Positions 1 to 8,290 of a stretch of 64,000 nucleotides of DNA are shown here, piece after piece. The notes beneath the pieces are model-generated. The model searched no databases, was not told where the DNA came from, and saw nothing but the letters and a program-made list of their open reading frames with translations. The stretch spans positions 32,001 to 96,000 of IMG/VR virus record IMGVR_UViG_3300029319_000006, one strand, 5' to 3'. This DNA is from a virus. Made by a program: the position numbers and the translations under genes. The first letter of the stretch is position 1; the number at the start of each line of letters is the position of its first letter.

Positions 1-177
1 AGTATGATAAGGATAATCACTTTTACAGTGTTGTAACATTTGAGCTGCTACAACTCTATTAGCTGATTTTTGACGGGCGTTTTGCCAGCCAATAAAAATA
101 CAAGTTAATGTATTTTTTAAAGTTTTGAAGATGCTTTCAAGCAGATTCGTTGAGTAGTTGAGCACTAGAGTTGTCAT
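1..177 (-). CDS. Small hypothetical protein, runs off the window start (not in ORF track)
   Basis: ATG at 177 preceded by GGGAGG RBS inside the hsp20 3' end; open to position 1: MTTLVLNYSTNLLESIFKTFKKYINLYFYWLANARQKSANRVVAAQMLQHCKSDYPYHT. Confidence 0.6.
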   Translation of the reverse strand, partial: MTTLVLNYSTNLLESIFKTLKNTLTCIFIGWQNARQKSANRVVAAQMLQHCKSDYPYHT

Positions 178-604
178 TGGTTTTCCTCCCAGTTTTTCCA
201 ATTGAAATTTTCTGGGGTCGCATCTTTTCAGGAAGGACTACTTCGATAGAGACAGTAAGTATCCCATCCATCATTTCTGCACCACTGACTTCTGCGTATT
301 CCGATAACCTAAACGATTTGTAGAATTTACGACCACTTATTCCTTTATGAACATATTGTTCTTGATCTCTTCTTTGTTCACGCTCACCCTTGATGGATAA
401 CACGTGATCCTTGAGTTCAATTTCAATATCATCTTGAGAAAATCCAGCAATAGCCAATTCAATATCATACTTCATGTCGCCATTTTTGACTACATTGTGA
501 GGTGGATATGAATCTTTTGCGTGATTTGTTACTCGTTCGAGTTCGTCGAATAAATGATCGAAACCTAAAAATGCGTTTCGTGGAAAATGGAAATTACCAG
601 TCAT
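137..604 (-). CDS. hsp20: Small heat shock protein (Hsp20/IbpA family)
   Basis: FLGFD N-terminal motif, YPPHN, ELAIAGF, YVHKGIS.R.F...F.L, DGILTV, PQKISI; AGGAGG RBS. Confidence 0.95.
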   Translation of the reverse strand: MTGNFHFPRNAFLGFDHLFDELERVTNHAKDSYPPHNVVKNGDMKYDIELAIAGFSQDDIEIELKDHVLSIKGEREQRRDQEQYVHKGISGRKFYKSFRLSEYAEVSGAEMMDGILTVSIEVVLPEKMRPQKISIGKTGRKTNDNSSAQLLNESA

Positions 605-660
605 TGTTGCCTCCTTTATTAAGCAAGGTTAAAATATACAGCCCCCTCTATTGGGCAGCC
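605..660 (-). promoter_or_regulatory. ROSE-like RNA thermometer in hsp20 5' UTR
   Basis: mRNA CCUUGCUU-AAUA-AAGGAGG pairs the UUGCU motif with the SD with a bulged G (610-628); second upstream hairpin GGCUGCCC-AAUAGA-GGGGGCU. Confidence 0.7.
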
Positions 661-665
661 AATAG

Positions 666-673
666 TATATATA
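666..673 (-). promoter_or_regulatory. Possible late promoter variant (TATATATA) for hsp20
   Basis: One mismatch to TATAAATA; predicted start near 660 coincides with the 5' end of the UTR hairpins. Confidence 0.4.
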
Positions 674-691
674 ATATTTAAAATTTAGAAT

Positions 692-1924
692 TCAACATCC
701 ATTGTAAGAATCTTCAAATAAAATTCTTTCCAGGATCTCTAATACATGCTCACTATTATCTTTTGATGGAAAATTATCTTGAATAGCTTGTTTAATACAA
801 TTTCTAGTAAATGGTAATGGAAATCTTTTTCCTTCTGAATTTCTTCCAGTATTAATTAAATAAACATTACAATTGTGTCTAGTTATTTTTTGCATTAATA
901 AATCACTGTACCATGATATTGGTCTAGGCATAAATGGAGATCCATAACATGGTGAACAAACTCTTGTTATTTGATCTGATCCTGCTTCTGTTCCAGGCAT
1001 TTGACTTGTGTATCCAGTTTCAAAAAACTTACGAACAGTTTCACCACTTATTTTACTTATTGGAGGAAATGCTCCTTCTGCATCCATAGTTAAGAAAAAT
1101 ATATTATTTGCATGACCAAAATCTTGAGGTTCCGAATAAGCATTATCTACCATAGATATAGGATAACTTAATCTAGCGTTAGCAACACCAGGATTTTCAA
1201 CTACTAAACATGACATATTCTTTGCATTTTCAACTGCATTAAAAATAGTTTCATGTGTCTCAGGTGTTAGACCTTCGCTTTTTGCATAACAACCTACTTC
1301 TATCATTCTTATTCCATCATCAGTCCAAGCTATTTCATCATCACCTATAAGTTCAAAATCAGGATCACTACTAAGAGTTGTTTTGCCTGTCCCGCTTAAT
1401 CCAAACATAAGATTAGTAGTATTGTTGTAAGTGAATGCACTACAATGCATTGGAAGAATACCACGTCTAGGTAATTCAAAACTCATAATACCAAATATAC
1501 CTTTTTTTATTTCACCAAGAAATGTTGTACCAGCTATCAATACAAGTCTTGAATCTAAATGAATATAAATTTTAGGTTGATCTAATTTTAATTCTGTGTT
1601 ATGTAATATCTGCCAATCTTGCATTACTAAATTTGTAACACCATTATCAAACTCATATATTTCTTCAAACATATTTCGAATAAATTGAGCATGTCTATCA
1701 TCATTAGTTCTAATTCTAAACTTTTTATCAAATACATTTACACAAATATTGTGATCGTATTTTAGATTACACATTTGAGACCAGAATTTATCAAAGTCTT
1801 CTTGTTTACCTATTTTATTGTATTTGGGTCTTGATGTATCTAAACATTTAGTCTTATGACCAAAGTAAAATTTATTTTCAGGGCTTCGACCAGTTGGACT
1901 AGTCTTAATAGTATAATTTGGCAT
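692..1924 (-). CDS. pckA: Phosphoenolpyruvate carboxykinase (ATP), compact form
   Basis: TGRSP, GEIKKGIF, MHCSA, P-loop FGLSGTGKTTLS, IGDDE, GCYAK, NAR..YP, FLTMDA.G.FPP, YLINTG. Confidence 0.9.
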   Translation of the reverse strand: MPNYTIKTSPTGRSPENKFYFGHKTKCLDTSRPKYNKIGKQEDFDKFWSQMCNLKYDHNICVNVFDKKFRIRTNDDRHAQFIRNMFEEIYEFDNGVTNLVMQDWQILHNTELKLDQPKIYIHLDSRLVLIAGTTFLGEIKKGIFGIMSFELPRRGILPMHCSAFTYNNTTNLMFGLSGTGKTTLSSDPDFELIGDDEIAWTDDGIRMIEVGCYAKSEGLTPETHETIFNAVENAKNMSCLVVENPGVANARLSYPISMVDNAYSEPQDFGHANNIFFLTMDAEGAFPPISKISGETVRKFFETGYTSQMPGTEAGSDQITRVCSPCYGSPFMPRPISWYSDLLMQKITRHNCNVYLINTGRNSEGKRFPLPFTRNCIKQAIQDNFPSKDNSEHVLEILERILFEDSYNGC

Positions 1925-1927
1925 AAT

Positions 1928-2356
1928 TTATCCTGGCATTGTAAAAAGAGCTTTTATTCCATCATTTACTTTAATTGGTTTACGAGCAAATATAACCCAC
2001 TTAATGGCGTAAATAGTATCTTGTGTAGTACAAAATTCTCTAAAACTTGTTCCTGTAGTATAGACATCATCACATACTAATAAAGGATCATCTGGATTGT
2101 TAGAAGCATATTTGTTAAGAGCATTTTGTAAAGGAACACCTCCTCTAGGAATTCCAATAGCTTTTCTAAATGGTTCTTTTTGATAATCCATTATCATTGT
2201 AGCAAGTGCTCTCCACTCTGTATGATCTATAGCATCACATTCAATTTTCCATTTAAGTGGTAATCCTGCATGTGATTTGAAATCACCTATTTGAAATAAT
2301 CTTATAAATTCAAAATTAGGAACAGTTGTGGTATCAAATTGTTCATCAAACATCAT
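1928..2356 (-). CDS. Type I phosphoribosyltransferase (orotate PRT-like)
   Basis: GIPRGG and PRPP-binding loop LLVCDDVYTTGTS; GDFKSHAG resembles the PyrE N-terminus. Confidence 0.75.
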   Translation of the reverse strand: MMFDEQFDTTTVPNFEFIRLFQIGDFKSHAGLPLKWKIECDAIDHTEWRALATMIMDYQKEPFRKAIGIPRGGVPLQNALNKYASNNPDDPLLVCDDVYTTGTSFREFCTTQDTIYAIKWVIFARKPIKVNDGIKALFTMPG

Positions 2357-2546
2357 CTATCACCTTTACTATAGGTTCTTCAGAAGTTGCATCTATATAA
2401 TCTTCTTTATTACTGTAAAAAGATCTTGTTACAACATGTTTAACTAACATATCGTTTTTTATTTTATATGTAATCAATTCTTGTTTTACAATATTATGAT
2501 CATCTTGATCAGCCGCAATTTTCAATGGACCTGGTTTCATAATCAT
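2346..2546 (-). CDS. Hypothetical protein
   Basis: 66-aa ORF overlapping both neighbours in the operon. Confidence 0.6.
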   Translation of the reverse strand: MIMKPGPLKIAADQDDHNIVKQELITYKIKNDMLVKHVVTRSFYSNKEDYIDATSEEPIVKVIDDV

Positions 2547-3043
2547 ACTATATCCTCTATTTTCATAGCTTCATACTTTTCCATTGGTTGATGTATCCAA
2601 GGATTATCAGGCAATAGATCAACATAATAATCAGGTGTATATTCTGAACAACCTTTCATCCATAGTACTGCTGTTCTAACATCATCTATAAAAAAACCAT
2701 GATAATGTTTTAAATATTGTAAACTCTTTTCTAATGTTTTACCAGAGTCTGCTAAATCATCTACTAATATAACTTTATTACCCAGATTAGGAGTTGTCTT
2801 GGCTAACGAATTAGAAAAAATTAATTGTCCTTGTTTATCTTTCACTTTATCTCCATGATAAGATTCAGCAGCCATAATAGCTAATGGAACATCAAACAAT
2901 CTAGCAAATACATCTCCAACTCTCAACCCCCCTTTTGCTATACACACAACTTGATTAAATTCAAAACCATCACCGTGTATTTTTTTTGCTAACTTTTCAA
3001 TATCTCTTTCATATCGATCCCATGATATATTTAAACCAGTCAT
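2543..3043 (-). CDS. Purine (xanthine/hypoxanthine/guanine) phosphoribosyltransferase
   Basis: ISW..., IAKGGL, VILVDDLADSGKT, PDYY, WIHQPME; start moved to 3043 (ATGA overlap with the upstream stop). Confidence 0.85.
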   Translation of the reverse strand: MTGLNISWDRYERDIEKLAKKIHGDGFEFNQVVCIAKGGLRVGDVFARLFDVPLAIMAAESYHGDKVKDKQGQLIFSNSLAKTTPNLGNKVILVDDLADSGKTLEKSLQYLKHYHGFFIDDVRTAVLWMKGCSEYTPDYYVDLLPDNPWIHQPMEKYEAMKIEDIV

Positions 3044-3564
3044 TTTTTCTCCTTTATTCCAAATGATAATAATAGTCTTGATGAGTCTGGATATGCTGCA
3101 TGATGTATTCCTTTTGGAATATAAAGCCATTCACCTCTTTTTAATCTTTTAGATATAGTTGATCTAGTAGTCATAGTTTTCTTTATATCATCATAATCAC
3201 AACCATCTTCAAATACTCTCCAATTGCATTCACCCATTACTTGAACTACAAATACTGTCATTCCATCAGTGTGAGGAGGAGATGCTCTTGAATTTATCCC
3301 TAGTCCTGCATACACATGGACAGAATCCATTTTTAGATTAAAATTTTCTATTTGTTTTTTAACATAAGACATCAAAGGGAAAAATAAATTTTTTCGTTCA
3401 AAATTTAATCCAACAAATATTTTTCTTGTGTCTTGACTACGTTTATTAGTATTTGGATGACGAGCTATACTATCAAACCATGGTATTATTTGATCCCATG
3501 TTGGATAATAATCGTCGTTGATTTTAAACTTACCTTGTTGTACTTTATCAGGGGAAAAGTTCAT
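3040..3564 (-). CDS. JmjC/cupin 2OG-Fe(II) oxygenase (ROXA/YcfD-like)
   Basis: PPHTD..VFVVQVMG...W, L.RGEWLYIPKG.HH; start moved to 3564 (ATGA overlap). Confidence 0.8.
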   Translation of the reverse strand: MNFSPDKVQQGKFKINDDYYPTWDQIIPWFDSIARHPNTNKRSQDTRKIFVGLNFERKNLFFPLMSYVKKQIENFNLKMDSVHVYAGLGINSRASPPHTDGMTVFVVQVMGECNWRVFEDGCDYDDIKKTMTTRSTISKRLKRGEWLYIPKGIHHAAYPDSSRLLLSFGIKEKK

Positions 3565-3797
3565 AATTTTATTGCTAATATAATTAAAATACCAATTAAC
3601 AGTATGTTGGTTAATATCATTTGAACACATAATATTAAATGATACCATACCCATCTGTGTTTATATAAAGTATGAATATTTACTTTAGTGTCAACATCTG
3701 CAGAATCCAATAATTCTCTTTCAATATTATCTTCAGGTTTTTTTATAGTAGGTGAAAGAGATTTTATACTATTTGTAAATTGTTTCAACCAATCCAT
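3561..3797 (-). CDS. Hypothetical membrane protein
   Basis: 78 aa with C-terminal hydrophobic helix; operonic spacing. Confidence 0.65.
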   Translation of the reverse strand: MDWLKQFTNSIKSLSPTIKKPEDNIERELLDSADVDTKVNIHTLYKHRWVWYHLILCVQMILTNILLIGILIILAIKL

Positions 3798-3799
3798 AA

Positions 3800-4204
3800 T
3801 TACTTGTTTCCAATATTATATTTTGGACATAACTCCCACTGATCTTTTTCTTTAAATGGTAAAATTTTTATTAATCTTAATGGAGCACAATCAAGGTTTG
3901 TTTTAGTTATTTCAACCAAACCCCAATCACTCATAAGTGTAGCAATTGTATTTCGTCTTTGAATATCTGATAATTCTAAGTTAGCTTTTTTTCCATCTAA
4001 CATAAACAATTCTTTAAAATGTACAATGAAGTATCTACCTTGTTTATGCAAAATGTGACACGATTGAAATAGCTTTTTATCTTTCCTAGATGCTACTCCA
4101 ATTCGTGTAAGTGTTTCTCTGACTTTAAGAAAATCATCTGGTTCGTTTAAAGTTACTTCCAACATATCTGCTGGAGACCACTCTACAATATTATTTTCTT
4201 CCAC
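3800..4204 (-). CDS. regA: Translational repressor RegA
   Basis: DDFLKVRETLTRIGVA, QSCHILHKQG.YFIVHFKELF, PKYNIG. Confidence 0.97.
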   Translation of the reverse strand: MEENNIVEWSPADMLEVTLNEPDDFLKVRETLTRIGVASRKDKKLFQSCHILHKQGRYFIVHFKELFMLDGKKANLELSDIQRRNTIATLMSDWGLVEITKTNLDCAPLRLIKILPFKEKDQWELCPKYNIGNK

Positions 4205-4568
4205 CTTTACTCACCTTCTCTGTTATAATTTTTATTTGTTCAGGTGATAGGAGATGCCAGACTTGGCGTGCTTTATCATTGCTGTAGCCATAGTATTTTT
4301 TGATCACCTCAATATCACATTCCGTTTCAGGTTTAATCCATTTGGAAAATCTGTTACGCTTTCGAACGATATTTATAAGAAAGTGATATTGGAGTTTATT
4401 ACTAATATGGTGGAAACGATTCATTATATTTGCCATACCAACAGTATCATAAAAATATGATAATGATCTATTAATCATAAAAGGAGCATAGACTTTTTCA
4501 GCTATGTCATCTTCCATAATATCTTTTTTAGATGTATTAATACTATTCAAATATTGAAAAGGGTTCAT
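4191..4568 (-). CDS. gp62: Clamp loader small subunit gp62
   Basis: PF.YLNSIN, F.INRSLS, KKYYGYS..KA, KGG C-terminus; directly upstream of regA. Confidence 0.92.
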   Translation of the reverse strand: MNPFQYLNSINTSKKDIMEDDIAEKVYAPFMINRSLSYFYDTVGMANIMNRFHHISNKLQYHFLINIVRKRNRFSKWIKPETECDIEVIKKYYGYSNDKARQVWHLLSPEQIKIITEKVSKGGRK

Positions 4569-4867
4569 TATATTGTTTGTTCTATTCCACTATCTTGCCA
4601 GGGCCATTCAAGTTTTTCTTCAGCTTTTTCTATTTCCTCTTTAAGATCTTGTACAGTTATCTCTTCTGTATTAGGATTCTTATTAATATGATAATCATTC
4701 AAATATACTTGAGGTACAGTAGTATGTCCTCTTTCTTTAAGGAATTTTCTAGCATTATATGAATGAGAAATATCTATAGTATAGTATTTTTTTCCTATTT
4801 CGTCAAGCATTGATTTCATTATTGTACAAAAACCACAATGAGGTTGGGTGTAAAGAAATATACTCAT
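4568..4867 (-). CDS. Glutaredoxin (NrdC/NrdH-like)
   Basis: CGFC active site, TVPQV cis-Pro motif; start moved to MSIFLY after AGGAG. Confidence 0.85.
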   Translation of the reverse strand: MSIFLYTQPHCGFCTIMKSMLDEIGKKYYTIDISHSYNARKFLKERGHTTVPQVYLNDYHINKNPNTEEITVQDLKEEIEKAEEKLEWPWQDSGIEQTI

Positions 4868-4880
4868 TTTTTTTCTCCTT

Positions 4881-5462
4881 TCATATTTCACCTATTGATT
4901 TTAAACCAGTTATATCAGGTTCTTTATCCGACCCAAACATACTGCAATAATGTATATTTTGTTTTATTCCTTTAAATAAAATATTGTCAGCTGTATATAC
5001 ATCATAATTAAATTGATTACAATACTTTTCCCATTTAAATTCTCTTTCTACTTGAGAAGAATGTCTAGTCCAAAAAATTGTATCTATTTTAGTATCAAGT
5101 AATAAATCCCATGGCATTTGATCTAATATTTTTTTTTCTTCTTTGTAAAACTTTCTAGTTAGATTTCCTGGATAATAACTAGTTTTATATGCTCTTACAA
5201 AAACTCTTAATACATTTGAAGGTAATTCAGGGTATTGTTTAAAAAAATATCCGTAGCAAGGAATATTTTGTTTATGCCAAACTATAGATAATGTTTTATC
5301 TAATTTTGTTAATTGATCAAATGTATATGGATTATCTTGTAATTTTGATTTAAAATTTTCTTCACAAGATGCTGTGTAAATAAATTGTTTTACTAAAGGA
5401 TAGTTTGGATCTTTACTAATACAAACATCTAAACCAATTGTACTTGAATGATGAATGGCCAT
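4881..5462 (-). CDS. Hypothetical protein in halogenase cassette
   Basis: 193-aa ORF translationally coupled to the adenylation gene; no certain motif (weak GNAT-like impression only). Confidence 0.6.
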   Translation of the reverse strand: MAIHHSSTIGLDVCISKDPNYPLVKQFIYTASCEENFKSKLQDNPYTFDQLTKLDKTLSIVWHKQNIPCYGYFFKQYPELPSNVLRVFVRAYKTSYYPGNLTRKFYKEEKKILDQMPWDLLLDTKIDTIFWTRHSSQVEREFKWEKYCNQFNYDVYTADNILFKGIKQNIHYCSMFGSDKEPDITGLKSIGEI

Positions 5463-6436
5463 TATATTGTTATTTCTTGATTTCTTTTTACTTTACGTAA
5501 ATTATCATCTACTTGTATATTTTGTACTTTATGAGTTTCTATTTCAAAAGGAAATGTAATATTTTCTAAAAATAATTTTCTTCTCATTTCTCCTGTAAAA
5601 TAAACTTTACATGATTTTTTTTCTTTTCTGCATAATGCTAATGAAGCTCCTGCTTCTATTGCTAGCTTTTCAATTTGTTCTGGATATACTTTATCACCAC
5701 AATTATCCATTTTAAACATATTATATTTTCTACCAACAATCTTAAATCCATTTGTGTATTGTTCTACTAGATCACCAGAATACCACCAATCTTTTTGTGT
5801 TTTATATTTACACACAATTTCATTATCTTGTATTTTAAAATCAATGTTTGGATTTATATCATCATAACAATAATCATCTTGTAACTCAGTAGACATAATT
5901 ATAGGAGGAACTTCAGATGATCCATATGCTGTATCAACTCTTTTGGCTCCTTTAGATCTCAAATCTTCCATAAGATGATTAGGAGTAATATCACTACCAA
6001 CTTGCATGTGTTGAATAAAAGACAAATCTACGTTTTTCCATGATTTATGTTTGTGCCATGTTTTCCAAACATTAGGAAGTATAAGAGTATGTGTTGGTTT
6101 TATTTCTAGTAATCTAGATACATAATGATCTACTGTTGTTTCTATAAATAAATCACAATTAGATTCTTGAGCTAAAAATAAAGCCATGGAAGTAAATCCA
6201 ATTCCTCTTGGACTGTACAGTCCTAATAATACAGATTTTGAATTTAAATTCATATACTGAACATTATATTTTGCTATATCTGTCATAAGTTCAGATGAAT
6301 GTGAAAATATTTTAGGAGTACCAGTAGTACCAGACGAAGACACTGTAACTTGTCTATTACTTAAACCTTTTATTATACTTTCATAAACTTTTTTATTTTT
6401 ACTAATTCCGTATGGAACTCTATCAATATAAATCAT
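5462..6436 (-). CDS. ANL-superfamily adenylate-forming enzyme, minimal
   Basis: A3 SSSGTTGTPK, A5 YGSSE, A7 YSGDL, A8 IVGR, C-terminal Lys RKVKR; only 324 aa. Confidence 0.85.
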   Translation of the reverse strand: MIYIDRVPYGISKNKKVYESIIKGLSNRQVTVSSSGTTGTPKIFSHSSELMTDIAKYNVQYMNLNSKSVLLGLYSPRGIGFTSMALFLAQESNCDLFIETTVDHYVSRLLEIKPTHTLILPNVWKTWHKHKSWKNVDLSFIQHMQVGSDITPNHLMEDLRSKGAKRVDTAYGSSEVPPIIMSTELQDDYCYDDINPNIDFKIQDNEIVCKYKTQKDWWYSGDLVEQYTNGFKIVGRKYNMFKMDNCGDKVYPEQIEKLAIEAGASLALCRKEKKSCKVYFTGEMRRKLFLENITFPFEIETHKVQNIQVDDNLRKVKRNQEITI

Positions 6437-8109
6437 CTTTCACTCATAGCCTCTTCTAATACTTCATTATGTGTTCTTCCACCATACAGATATTTTTTAC
6501 TCCAATCATATACATGAGGAGCTATCTTAGCTATTTGCTGACCTTTTTGTTTTATATAATTATAATCTATTTCAGCTAATTTTAACAAATCTTTATCAAT
6601 TTGTAAATCACACAGTTTATCATCCCATCTATCTAAGTACATTTGTTGATCAGCCCATTGAAAATCTAGAAAGAAATTAGCTCCAAGATATCCTCTTGGA
6701 CTTCTATATTCCTTCCAATTCTTTTTTATATGATCATTATCAATTCCATATTGTCCCCATTTTCTCCAAAATTCAGTATCACGTCTTTTACTTAGAGTGT
6801 AATGATAACATATAAAATCACTTATCTGACTATGAAGTTTGTGTATTTCTCTTGTGACAGCTTTTTTTGTAGATTCTTTTATAATCGATCCTTTATATTT
6901 TTTTAAAGCATGATTAAGCATTTGCATTCCTGCTTGGCCAACATATACTACATTAGCTTCCATAGGATCTACAAATCCTTGAGACATTCCTATTCCTATA
7001 ACATTTTTATCCCAACATTTATCATAATATCCTTGTTCCCATTGAATTAATCTAGGTTCAGCTAAAAATTCATAACCATCCCAATAACTAATAAAGTCTT
7101 CTCTTGCTTTATCTTTATCATAAGTATTAGCATCAAATATGTAACCTGAACCCATTCTACTAAAAAGAGTAATAATAAATTGCCAGCCAGCTTCTCTAGC
7201 ATAACTTTGGGTGTAGGGCTTCATTTCATTATATGGATCCTTATACTTTAAAGGAGCTACCCAAGCACTTTGTGTAGGTTGTTGATCAATATGTTTAAAC
7301 TTTACATCCATTCCTTTAAGAAGTACTTTATGAAATCCTGAACAATCAACATATAAATCAGCTCCACACTTTAATCCATTTGCTAATGATAATTTATTCA
7401 CATATCCATCAGTGTCATAATGAACTCCATTAATATGAGATTTTATCCATTTTACTCCAAGTTTAAGAGCAGATAAGTCTCTAATTATTTTAGGAAATCT
7501 TGCAGCATCTGCATGCCATGTATAACTTCCATATCCACCAGTAACTTTATAGTTATCATTATAACGAGCAGATCTATTAGCCATAGATGGATAATATTGC
7601 TCCATAGTATACTCACCTTGCTCATGCCATTTATATTTTCCTGATCTTACTAAATGATACCAATAATCTCTACTTTTTTCATCTATACCAAATTTGTTAT
7701 TATTATCATTAAAATAATCTTCATCAGTTCTTTGATGATATAAATTATTTTTAAAGACATTTGTTCTATGAGTAAAACTAAAAGTATAATAATGTTGATA
7801 TTCTTTTTTAGCATTCCAATGATCAGTTACGTGTCTCATAGGTGTTTCTGTATTCCATCCAACAAAATGATTTCCCATTTTATGAATACCATGAACATTA
7901 CTTAACCACTGACGTTCATCAATACCCAACCAACTCAAAAGTTGACCAAGTTGAGGAACCATACTTTCACCAACTCCTAATATAGGTACTTTATCAGATT
8001 CTATTACTGTGACATCAATGTCACGATTAAACTTTTTTAAATATGCGGCTGTAAACCATCCAGCAACTCCACCTCCTACAACAATGATAGATTTTACATC
8101 AGTCTTCAT
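6433..8109 (-). CDS. Flavin-dependent tryptophan halogenase-like protein (PrnA family)
   Basis: VGGGVAG, GVGES, catalytic-Lys region HKMGNHFVGW, HADA, DLYVDCSGF, GWQFII, FVDPMEA, HY..SKRRDTEFW. Confidence 0.9.
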   Translation of the reverse strand: MKTDVKSIIVVGGGVAGWFTAAYLKKFNRDIDVTVIESDKVPILGVGESMVPQLGQLLSWLGIDERQWLSNVHGIHKMGNHFVGWNTETPMRHVTDHWNAKKEYQHYYTFSFTHRTNVFKNNLYHQRTDEDYFNDNNNKFGIDEKSRDYWYHLVRSGKYKWHEQGEYTMEQYYPSMANRSARYNDNYKVTGGYGSYTWHADAARFPKIIRDLSALKLGVKWIKSHINGVHYDTDGYVNKLSLANGLKCGADLYVDCSGFHKVLLKGMDVKFKHIDQQPTQSAWVAPLKYKDPYNEMKPYTQSYAREAGWQFIITLFSRMGSGYIFDANTYDKDKAREDFISYWDGYEFLAEPRLIQWEQGYYDKCWDKNVIGIGMSQGFVDPMEANVVYVGQAGMQMLNHALKKYKGSIIKESTKKAVTREIHKLHSQISDFICYHYTLSKRRDTEFWRKWGQYGIDNDHIKKNWKEYRSPRGYLGANFFLDFQWADQQMYLDRWDDKLCDLQIDKDLLKLAEIDYNYIKQKGQQIAKIAPHVYDWSKKYLYGGRTHNEVLEEAMSER

Positions 8110-8290
8110 ATTTTGCCTCCTCCCATGATTGCCTTATACAAACTAATGCTTGTTCTTCTTCTAAATACATTGATCTTGCATCAACTGCTAAAACACATTG
8201 ATCAGCAATATTAAACGCATCAATTTGTTCTGCAGTATATCCTCCTGTTGATAATGAAGAAACTAAAACTAAATAATATATATAGCTCAT
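8099..8290 (-). CDS. Hypothetical protein
   Basis: 63-aa ORF overlapping gp44 stop and halogenase start; hydrophobic N-terminus, two Cys. Confidence 0.55.
   Translation of the reverse strand: MSYIYYLVLVSSLSTGGYTAEQIDAFNIADQCVLAVDARSMYLEEEQALVCIRQSWEEAKYED

Noticed and set aside
8099-8290. 63-aa ORF as carrier protein or RiPP precursor for the halogenase cassette
   Set aside because: No phosphopantetheine DSL-type motif and no clear leader/core pattern; looks like a generic small phage protein.
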